Source: Marilutibacter maris
GTDB taxonomy: Bacteria > Pseudomonadota > Gammaproteobacteria > Xanthomonadales > Xanthomonadaceae
Length of the DNA stretch: 32,000 nucleotides
Assembly: GCF_006546735.2 (NCBI RefSeq)
Contig: NZ_VICD02000084.1
Span: 10,026 to 42,025 of the forward strand
Direction of reading: 5' to 3'
This document shows, piece by piece, positions 1 through 9,636 of this stretch; within the stretch, counting starts at the first letter, position 1; each line of letters opens with the position of its first letter. A program made the translations under genes and the position numbers. Under the pieces are notes generated by a model. It saw only the letters and a program-made list of their open reading frames with translations, had not been told where the DNA came from and made no database searches.

Positions 1-1
1 G

Positions 2-1390
<1,389 letters not shown>

Positions 1391-1404
1391 CGAGACGATA
1401 TCCG

Positions 1405-1436
1405 GGGCGATATCCGGCTGCGCCCGGATATCGCCC
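1405..1436 (+). terminator. stem-loop directly after the amidohydrolase stop (13-bp stem, 6-nt loop, no clear U tract)
   Basis: GGGCGATATCCGG (1405-1417) pairs with CCGGATATCGCCC (1424-1436). GATATCCGG also occurs as a direct repeat at 1397-1405 and 1409-1417. Confidence 0.4.
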
Positions 1437-1534
1437 GGGGTCTGCCATGCAGGCCTCGGCGCCTGCGGGCGTGCTTGCGCCTCCACATCCCCATTCGCAC
1501 CTGACTCTGGGGGCTGCGCCCGGGCCCTTGTGTT

Positions 1535-1600
1535 GTAGGAGCGGCGTAAGCCGCGACGGGGCTTTCATGGGAAGGCCCTCGCGGCTTGCGCCGCTCCTAC
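1535..1600. repeat. REP-like palindromic element (GTAG-type)
   Basis: GTAGGAGCGGCGTAAGCCGCGAC (1535-1557) faces its near-perfect reverse complement TCGCGGCTTGCGCCGCTCCTAC (1579-1600). A third copy lies at 2084-2107. The element is intergenic. Confidence 0.6.
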
Positions 1601-1731
1601 GGTCATCCGACTCGTGTCGTTCTCGGAGGTCCCTTCGTTTCGCCTGGCAGGGAGCGGCGGTTGGGCGGCTTGACGCGTAGCGAATATTCGATGCCCTAAC
1701 CTGTCACTGGCCCAGCACAGGAAAGGATCCC

Positions 1732-2076
1732 ATGGCGACGCGCTACTATCTCTCGCTCCCCGACAGCAACGCCGCGCGCGGCGACGAGCCGTCGCTGTCG
1801 TTCACCGCCCAGGGCGGCGATGCCTTCGCCGAGCAGTTGCAGGAGGCCTTGCGCCACGACGCGCTGTTCGAACGCTGGCGGCTTATGCAGGACGAGCCCG
1901 ACGAGGTCGATCCCACCCTGGGCGCGACCGATCCGCAGGCGACGGTGGCCGGCAAGCAGCACGATCTGCATATCGACCTGGTCGTCACCACCTCGTTGCC
2001 CGGCGACGTGCTCAAGCACCGGCTGCGGCTGCTGGCCGGGCGCCACTGGCAACTGCGCGACGTCACCGCGGCCTGA
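1732..2076 (+). CDS. hypothetical protein (114 aa)
   Basis: ATG preceded by AGGAAAGGA, GC-rich third codon positions, and TGA at 2074-2076. I recognise no domain. Antisense ORFs over the same span are Arg/Gly/Ala-rich junk. Confidence 0.6.
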   Translation: MATRYYLSLPDSNAARGDEPSLSFTAQGGDAFAEQLQEALRHDALFERWRLMQDEPDEVDPTLGATDPQATVAGKQHDLHIDLVVTTSLPGDVLKHRLRLLAGRHWQLRDVTAA

Positions 2077-2083
2077 GCGCCCT

Positions 2084-2107
2084 GTCGCGGCTTACGCCGC
2101 TCCTACA
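2084..2107. repeat. single REP half-site of the same family as 1535-1600
   Basis: GTCGCGGCTTACGCCGCTCCTACA is the reverse complement of the 1535-1557 unit. It overlaps the stop codon region of the GNAT gene. Confidence 0.55.
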
Positions 2108-2639
2108 CGCCTTGTCGCGACCAGTCGCCGCGGTCGAGGCGGTAGACGTGGCAGTCGTCATCGCCGAACCAGCGCCGTTCCACGAAACGGAAGCCGAGGC
2201 GCTGGTAGAACGCGTGCGCACGGGTATTCGAGGCCAACGGGTCGATCAGCGCCGCCGCCACGCCGTCCGCGGCAAAGCAGCGCGCCAGCGCCTGCCGCAT
2301 CATCTCGGTGCCGAACCCGCGACCGAGATCGACGGCCTCGCCTATCCAGATGTCGATCGCCCTCAGGTCGGCGGCGACGTCGCCCCAGTAATGGCTGTCC
2401 TCGCGCGCGGGGTCGATGATCTGGATGAAGCCCAGCGGCCGCCAGCCTTCGCCCTCATCGACCTCGGCGATCAGCAGTTCACGCCAGTCGGGACGACGTC
2501 GCAGCTCGGTTTCCCAACCCCAATCGTCGTTGGGGTCGGCCGCGACCACGTGCGGCTGTTCGTCCCAGTGGCGCAGCAGGGTCAGATCATCCGGCGTCGC
2601 ATCGCGCAGGCGGACACGCGTGCCGCGATCAGCCGCCAC
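2103..2639 (-). CDS. GNAT-family N-acetyltransferase (178 aa, GTG start)
   Basis: Typical GNAT layout: LRDATPDDLTLLRHW at the N-terminus, an acetyl-CoA loop region IGEAVDLGRGFGTEMM, and a C-terminal NTRAHAFYQRLGFRFV. Its start overlaps the upstream VOC gene stop by 11 nt. Confidence 0.85.
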   Translation of the reverse strand: MAADRGTRVRLRDATPDDLTLLRHWDEQPHVVAADPNDDWGWETELRRRPDWRELLIAEVDEGEGWRPLGFIQIIDPAREDSHYWGDVAADLRAIDIWIGEAVDLGRGFGTEMMRQALARCFAADGVAAALIDPLASNTRAHAFYQRLGFRFVERRWFGDDDCHVYRLDRGDWSRQGV

Positions 2640-2988
2640 GATCCGACCACACCGCCAGCTCGTTGCCGGCCGGATCGGCGAAGTGGAAGCGACGCCCCCC
2701 CGGGAACGCGAAGATCGGCTTGACCACCTTGCCGCCGCAGGCGGTCACCGTCTCCAGCGTCGCCTCCAGATCATCGGCATACAACACCACGAGAGCGGCG
2801 CCGGCGGCGGCACTGGAGCTGAGTGGCGCACGGTAGAAACCGCCGTCGGTTCCGCCGTCGTTGAAGGCGGTGTAGTCCGGACCATAGTCGGTGAAACGCC
2901 AGCCGAATGCCTTCGAGTAGAAGTCCTTGACCGTCTCCAGGTCGGCGGCGGCGAATTCGATGTAGTTGATCGTGCGGTCGTTAGGCAT
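2629..2988 (-). CDS. VOC / glyoxalase-bleomycin-resistance fold protein (119 aa)
   Basis: INYIEFAAADLETVKDFYSKAFGW... and ...GGRRFHFADPAGNELAVW are classic VOC beta-alpha-beta-beta-beta module signatures. A perfect AGGAG lies upstream of the ATG at 2988. Confidence 0.85.
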   Translation of the reverse strand: MPNDRTINYIEFAAADLETVKDFYSKAFGWRFTDYGPDYTAFNDGGTDGGFYRAPLSSSAAAGAALVVLYADDLEATLETVTACGGKVVKPIFAFPGGRRFHFADPAGNELAVWSDRGG

Positions 2989-3009
2989 GTGATCTCCTGG
3001 CGGATCTGT

Positions 3010-3333
3010 TCAGTCGCGCCGGTGCCATTCGCCAAGCGGCACCAGCACGGCGGGTTCGCGCGGCCGCTGCAGCAGTTCCGGCAGCCGCGCCTCGTAAGCT
3101 TCGCGATACGGCTTGGCCTGGCGTTGCAGGAACACCTCGACCGAGGGTTCGCGCCAGCGCTCGTAGAGCGTGAACAGGTTCGGATCCTGCGCGTCGCGGT
3201 GCAGCTGGCAGGACACGAAGCTGTCTTCCCGCGACATCTTCTCGATGATCTCCGTCACCGCCTCGCGCCACTCATCGACGCGCTCGGGCTTGACGTGGAG
3301 CTTGACGTAGAAGACCAGGTCTTCGTTGGACAT
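3010..3333 (-). CDS. antibiotic-biosynthesis-monooxygenase (ABM/YgiN-like) family protein
   Basis: LVFYVKLHVKPERVDEW...SFVSCQLHRDAQDPNLFTLYERW is the ABM ferredoxin-like dimeric alpha/beta barrel pattern. I prefer the ATG at 3333 over the in-frame GTG at 3339 used by the ORF track. Confidence 0.8.
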   Translation of the reverse strand: MSNEDLVFYVKLHVKPERVDEWREAVTEIIEKMSREDSFVSCQLHRDAQDPNLFTLYERWREPSVEVFLQRQAKPYREAYEARLPELLQRPREPAVLVPLGEWHRRD

Positions 3334-3584
3334 TGGCACCGCCTGTCACCTGTGGATGCGCGCAACGATACCCCGCCTTCGCATCGCAGGCGATATGCAG
3401 AAAGGGACAGCTCGCCGCCGCGCCGACTGCCGCCTGGCCAGCGATCGCAACCGGGTCGATGCGCGTATCGCATGCGTATCGCCCGGTGAACAACGCTCAC
3501 GGACTTGTCCGCGCAGGCGCGCACGTTGATATTCGACATGCCGCCACCCTATCGTAGCCGGCGGATCTCCCTGCGAACGCGGAC

Positions 3585-4568
3585 ATGACGCCCACAAGCG
3601 CTTATCACGGATGGATCGGCAGGCTGCTGTGCAGTCTGCTGCTGTATGGCCTGCTGACGGGCTGCTGGGCGGGGCTGCCGAGCACGCCCGAGGCGTTGGC
3701 GCGGCAACGGGCGGCGGGCGTCTTCGACGACCCGCAGGCGCAGGCGCTGGCGGTGGCGGCCGAGCTCAACCAGGCCGATGAAGTACGTCGGCTCATGCGC
3801 GAGGAAGGCGTCGACCCGGACCTGTTCTTCGGCAAGCAGAACGACCGTCTTCCCCTGGTCGCCTGGCCGGTACTGACCCGCAGCCCCGAGGGACTGAAGG
3901 CAATGCTAGACAACGGCGCCGACCCGAACGCGCGCAGCCCCGACCAACATGTCACCCACTACGAGGACGGCAGCGGCGGCACCTATTTCCTCGGCATCAC
4001 CGCATTGCAGGTCGCCGCCCCGCTGGAAGACCAGACCTATCTCAAGCTGCTGCTGGAGCACGGCGCCGATCCGAATACCCCGACCCGGGGTATCGAAACG
4101 ATGCTGTACTACGCCAAGGTCAACGGCGCGCCCTGGTCGTCGATCCAGATGCTGGTCGAGCATGGCGCCAAGGTCACCGGCCGGGCCAGTCCGGGGGCCT
4201 CGATCATCGGCAACTACGCTGCCTTCGCCAACTTCGACAAGGTGTACTGGCTGCTCGAGCACGGTGCCGACCCGATGGACCCGGCCGACCACAACCGCAT
4301 GCTGCCGCCTCCACAGTCACAGGTTATCGACGATATCTACTGGTACCCTGCAAAGACGGCCAATGGCCGCCGATGGCAGCGCAAATGCCAGCTCTGGCTG
4401 CTTGAGCACGGTTATCCGCAGCCGGAAAGGATGTCCGACACCATTCGCAAGACCCGTGCGGACTTCGGCTGCCCGACCGAGGAGAAGGATATTCCGCTGC
4501 CCGGCCCCGGCAGCACCATGACCGACACCAAGGAAGAATTCGATGTCGACCCCTGCCGAACACCGTGA
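3585..4568 (+). CDS. ankyrin-repeat lipoprotein (327 aa); candidate immunity protein for the downstream lipase
   Basis: N-terminal signal with lipobox LLTG|C (residues LLLYGLLTGCW). Repeated ankyrin capping motifs: MLDNGADPNA, LLLEHGADPNTP, MLVEHGAKV, WLLEHGADPMDP, LWLLEHGYP. The 3' end overlaps the next gene by 26 nt. Confidence 0.85.
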   Translation: MTPTSAYHGWIGRLLCSLLLYGLLTGCWAGLPSTPEALARQRAAGVFDDPQAQALAVAAELNQADEVRRLMREEGVDPDLFFGKQNDRLPLVAWPVLTRSPEGLKAMLDNGADPNARSPDQHVTHYEDGSGGTYFLGITALQVAAPLEDQTYLKLLLEHGADPNTPTRGIETMLYYAKVNGAPWSSIQMLVEHGAKVTGRASPGASIIGNYAAFANFDKVYWLLEHGADPMDPADHNRMLPPPQSQVIDDIYWYPAKTANGRRWQRKCQLWLLEHGYPQPERMSDTIRKTRADFGCPTEEKDIPLPGPGSTMTDTKEEFDVDPCRTP

Positions 4569-6720
4569 GCGCCAGGCCCTGCTTGGGGAATTGCGGGCCC
4601 AGGACAACCCGGAGACCCGGCGCCAGGCCGATGCCCTGCGCCAGCTCTATCACGACCGCGAAATGGCGGGACTGGCCGACGATGTCTATGCCGCCGCCAT
4701 GCACCTGGGCGAGCCGCCGCCCGGCTGGAAACGCGCCAGTGAACACCTGGACGAGTTACGCTCGTTGACGCCTCGGCTTGGCGACTACAGCAGCGACGAG
4801 TTGCTCAGGCTGCTGCAGCCGCCCGATTCCAAGTTTCGTGCCGAGATCTATCTGCCCGACGCGGGCGTACTCGGCCCCGGCTACCAGCCCACGGTGGTGT
4901 TCAAGGGTTCGCGCGGCGAGGTGATGACGGCCGACGGCCTGGTCGACAGCACGGCGGAGGACTTCATCGGCAACAACTTCCCGCAGTCGGTCGGGTTGCA
5001 GACCGACTACTACGACCGCACGATGGATCTGGGCGCACGCTTGCAGCGTGCCGGCCTGGAATTCGAAACCGCCGGCCATTCGCTCGGCGGCGGCATGAGT
5101 TCGGCAATGTCGGCGGTGACCGGCGCCCCGTCCACCACCTTCAATTCTGCCGGGCTGCACCCTGAGACCATCGCGCGCTTCGTCCGCGAGAACCCGGAGG
5201 TTCGCGCCCACGACACCGACCGCACCGTCCGCGCCTACCAGGTCGAGGGCGAGGTGCTGACCGACGGCGTCCAGGAGAACCTGACCTCGCTTGGGACGCT
5301 CCAGAACCTCCAGATGGCCGGCTTGATCCGCGAGACGGCCGAGCTGAGTCGTGAGCTGCCGGAGACACGCGCCCTGCTCCAGCAGCACATGAGCAGCCAG
5401 ATCTCGCCGTCGTCGCACCCGGTCGTCGAAGCCTTCCTGGAGCGGATATCCGAGCGCGACACCGCGCAGTTGCTGCGCGAGCTGCCGCTGGCCGCCGGCC
5501 AGGAACAGCCGCGACTGGCGGCGATGACCAACGGCGACACCGGCCCGGTCGCACGCGGTGACATTCCCTCGCTGCGCGAACTGATTCCGGATGCGGCGCC
5601 GTTGTTGACCAGCCTGCATGTGGCTGCCCACGGTGCGCGCGCGGGCCAGCGTGCCGGCGAAGGCATCGAATGGACCTTCTGTTCGACCGGCCGCTCGATG
5701 GACGGCGTCGGCGATCTGTATCGCAGTTACAACATGACCCTGGGCGCGGTCGGCGACGGCTCGGCGCGCTTCGTCGGCGAGGCCTCCGGAACCGCGATAC
5801 GCTGGGGCGGCGAGGTCGTTGCCCAGACCCACGAAGCGGGGTCGAGAATCAGTGCCACGATCAACCTGGCCGAGGGCTACCTGGAGAAGACCCGGGCGGA
5901 CCTGAAGTCCGGTGCCCTGCGCGGCATCGGCGACTGGCTGCCCGACTCGCTCGGCGAGCGTTTGCGCGACAGCGCCGAGCGCATCGAACAGGCCGGCGAG
6001 CAGGCGCAGCGCCGCCGTATCGCCGAGGCCGTCAGCGACCTGCGCGAGGGGCGCGAATCCGCGGAATCGGCCCGGACCGGATCGCGCGAGCTCGGCGACC
6101 GGGCCAGCGGGCTCGGCCGCGATATCGGCGAACAGGTCCGCAATCGCTACGAACGCCACGGCGCCGAGGTCGACCAGGCGCTCGATCGCGGCGGCGACGC
6201 CCTGTGCCAGACCGGCCGGCAGGCGCCCGCGTATGGTGCGATGGTCGGCGGCACGGCGACCGGGGTGACAACGGCGGTCGCCCTGCACGACCCCAGGACC
6301 GTGCCAGGCGTGGTCAATCTGCTGAGCACCCGGCGCTTCCTCGGCCAGGTGGGGGAAGCCGCGGGCGAAGCCACCGCGCGCCACTCGATGCCGGACACGG
6401 TGTTGCCGAGCCTCGATCAGCGCATCCGGGAAGTCGAACAGACCGCGCGCGAACATCTGCAGGGCCGCCAGACTCCGACGGCCGGGGAACAGACCCGTGC
6501 CGGCGTGGACAATGCCGCTCCGGCCTACTCGTCAGCGGCCGCCGCCGATGCCCATCAGCGATTGGACCGGCTGCTGGCCGGCGAGGTCGATCCGGCCTCT
6601 CGGGCCGGATGGGACCGCGAGGTCGCCGCGCATCGCGAGCGCATGGACCCGGCCCGCGAGCAGCAGGACGCCGTGCAGGTACAGCAGCAGACCGCGCAAC
6701 AGGCGGAAATGGCGCGCTGA
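4543..6720 (+). CDS. class-3 lipase / alpha-beta-hydrolase domain protein with a long C-terminal extension (725 aa); candidate secreted phospholipase effector
   Basis: AAGGAAG sits 6 nt upstream of the ATG. There is no signal peptide. Lipase_3-type nucleophile elbow in ...VVFKGSRGE...ETAGHSLGGGMSSAMSAV... About 430 aa of Ala/Gly/Arg/Glu-rich sequence follows, ending in the Gln-rich ...EQQDAVQVQQQTAQQAEMAR. Confidence 0.8.
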   Translation: MSTPAEHRERQALLGELRAQDNPETRRQADALRQLYHDREMAGLADDVYAAAMHLGEPPPGWKRASEHLDELRSLTPRLGDYSSDELLRLLQPPDSKFRAEIYLPDAGVLGPGYQPTVVFKGSRGEVMTADGLVDSTAEDFIGNNFPQSVGLQTDYYDRTMDLGARLQRAGLEFETAGHSLGGGMSSAMSAVTGAPSTTFNSAGLHPETIARFVRENPEVRAHDTDRTVRAYQVEGEVLTDGVQENLTSLGTLQNLQMAGLIRETAELSRELPETRALLQQHMSSQISPSSHPVVEAFLERISERDTAQLLRELPLAAGQEQPRLAAMTNGDTGPVARGDIPSLRELIPDAAPLLTSLHVAAHGARAGQRAGEGIEWTFCSTGRSMDGVGDLYRSYNMTLGAVGDGSARFVGEASGTAIRWGGEVVAQTHEAGSRISATINLAEGYLEKTRADLKSGALRGIGDWLPDSLGERLRDSAERIEQAGEQAQRRRIAEAVSDLREGRESAESARTGSRELGDRASGLGRDIGEQVRNRYERHGAEVDQALDRGGDALCQTGRQAPAYGAMVGGTATGVTTAVALHDPRTVPGVVNLLSTRRFLGQVGEAAGEATARHSMPDTVLPSLDQRIREVEQTAREHLQGRQTPTAGEQTRAGVDNAAPAYSSAAAADAHQRLDRLLAGEVDPASRAGWDREVAAHRERMDPAREQQDAVQVQQQTAQQAEMAR

Positions 6721-6744
6721 CGCCAACGCGCCCGCTACGGCACG

Positions 6745-6772
6745 CTCAGGCCACCCATTCGCGCGGCCTGAG
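6745..6772. terminator. hairpin between the convergent lipase and fghA genes
   Basis: CTCAGGCC (6745-6752) and GGCCTGAG (6765-6772) form an 8-bp stem with a 12-nt loop in a 66-bp convergent spacer. Confidence 0.4.
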
Positions 6773-6786
6773 CCATGCCCGCGTTC

Positions 6787-7626
6787 TCAACCGCGCAGCG
6801 CCTGCGCGTGAAGCGCGATGTGTTCGCCGATGAAGCTGGCGATGAAGTAGTAGCTGTGGTCGTGGCCGGCGCGCATGCGCAGGTCGAGCGGATGCCCGGC
6901 GGCCTCGCAGGCGGCCTGCAACCGGGTCGGTTGCAGCTGACTGTCGAGGAATTCGTCGGCCTCGCCCTGGTCGACCCGCAACGGCAACCGGTCGGTGCCG
7001 GGCCGGGCGCCGATGATCAGCTCGCAGGCATCCCATTCGCGCCAGCTCTCCGAATCCAGCCCCAGGTAGGCGCCGAACGCCTTGTGGCCCCACGGCACCC
7101 GGGTCGGCGCGACGATCGGCGAGAACGCCGACACGCTGCGGTAGCGTCCCGGATGGCGCAACGCGGCGACCAGAGCGCCGTGTCCGCCCATCGAATGACC
7201 GCTGATCGCGCGCGCGGTGGTGGTCGGGAAATGCGCGTCGACCAGCGCCGGCAGCTCATCGACCACGTAGTCGTGCATGCGGTAGTGGGCGGCCCACGGC
7301 GACTGGGTCGCGTTGAGGTAGAAGCCCGCACCCTGGCCGAGGTCGTAGCTGTCGGCATCGGCTACGCCCTCGCCGCGCGGACTGGTGTCCGGCGCGACCA
7401 GGATCACGCCATGCTCGGCGGCGTAGCGCTGCGCGCCGGCCTTGGTGATGAAGTTCTGCTCGTTGCAGGTCAGCCCCGACAGCCAGTACAGCACCGGGCA
7501 GTCCCCATCGGCGGCCTGCGGCGGCAGGTAGATGCCATAGCGCATCTCGCAACCGAGCACGCCGGACCGGTGTTGCCAGACTTCCTGGGTGCCGCCGAAG
7601 CAGGCATGGGATTCGATGCGTTGCAT
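6787..7626 (-). CDS. fghA: S-formylglutathione hydrolase (esterase D family, 279 aa)
   Basis: MQRIESHACFGGTQEVWQH..., GLTCNEQNFITKAGAQ..., nucleophile motif GHSMGGHGAL, and a C-terminal HDHSYYFI. These are hallmarks of FghA/FrmB. Only the last 840 nt of the 631-aa track ORF are genic. Confidence 0.95.
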   Translation of the reverse strand: MQRIESHACFGGTQEVWQHRSGVLGCEMRYGIYLPPQAADGDCPVLYWLSGLTCNEQNFITKAGAQRYAAEHGVILVAPDTSPRGEGVADADSYDLGQGAGFYLNATQSPWAAHYRMHDYVVDELPALVDAHFPTTTARAISGHSMGGHGALVAALRHPGRYRSVSAFSPIVAPTRVPWGHKAFGAYLGLDSESWREWDACELIIGARPGTDRLPLRVDQGEADEFLDSQLQPTRLQAACEAAGHPLDLRMRAGHDHSYYFIASFIGEHIALHAQALRG

Positions 7627-7734
7627 TGAGGTTCTCGCTTTTCTTTTCCGTTTCTTCCAGCGGCGGAATGAATGCGCGCGCGTCGGCTGCAGAAGCCTGG
7701 GATGGCGGCGGCCGCGGATACCCGCACCGCCCCC

Positions 7735-7767
7735 GGGGCACATGGATTCGTCACATCCATGTGCCCC
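7735..7767. repeat. perfect 13-bp inverted repeat in the adhC-fghA spacer
   Basis: GGGGCACATGGAT (7735-7747) and ATCCATGTGCCCC (7755-7767), with a 7-nt loop. It lies in a 218-bp spacer inside the operon. Confidence 0.45.
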
Positions 7768-7844
7768 CCTCACGGGGCGGCTGTGCCGTCGAAACAGGCA
7801 ATCCTGCCGATGCGCCTCCCTTGAGCGGGAGCAAGCGGACAGGG

Positions 7845-9318
<1,474 letters not shown>

Positions 9319-9342
9319 GCGACGGCTCCGGTCAATGAACAA

Positions 9343-9381
9343 TACTGGGGTACAGTATATAGATGATACTCCCCGGGAGTA
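9343..9381. promoter_or_regulatory. two adjacent TACT-N7-AGTA palindromes: probable FrmR operator(s) / frm promoter
   Basis: TACTGGGGTACAGTA (9343-9357) and TACTCCCCGGGAGTA (9367-9381), 25-63 bp upstream of the frmR ATG in the only AT-richer patch of the spacer. They match the RcnR/FrmR type-1 site style (TACT-G/C tract-AGTA). Confidence 0.6.
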
Positions 9382-9636
9382 CACCCCCACGCGTCACCCG
9401 ACCTGGCGAGCGCTCCCGACGGAGGCCTCCGGACCGCTGGCTCCCCGTCGTGAGCGCTTGCCGACACCTGCCCGACGACGGGTCTCCGCGATGATGCCGG
9501 CGTGACGTTCGCGGATCTGGCCCCATGCTATGGTCCCGGCAAGCGGCAAGGACTGCTGCCGCCGGGGACGCCCGATCCTTCCAGCGGATGCGGGAACTAG
9601 TGACTGAAGTGACTGTTGCCAGGCAGGGAGCGCCTC

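Noticed and set aside
3463-3482. Direct repeat GCGTATCGC-AT-GCGTATCGC in the divergent spacer between the ABM operon and the ankyrin gene, as a possible operator.
   Set aside because: It is short, there is no cognate regulator in the window, and there is no palindromic symmetry. It could easily be chance in a 245-bp spacer.
4756-6456. 566-aa minus-strand ORF, plus the overlapping plus-strand ORFs at 5670-6833 and elsewhere, within the lipase gene.
   Set aside because: The composition is junk-like. The sense frame has the GHSLGG lipase domain, a good SD and continuous coding character.
6400-6720. Firm call of an XVIPCD (Xanthomonas T4SS secretion domain) at the lipase C-terminus.
   Set aside because: Only the Gln-rich tail is evident. 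I could not recognise the other conserved XVIPCD blocks from memory, so this is kept as a hypothesis and not annotated as a feature.
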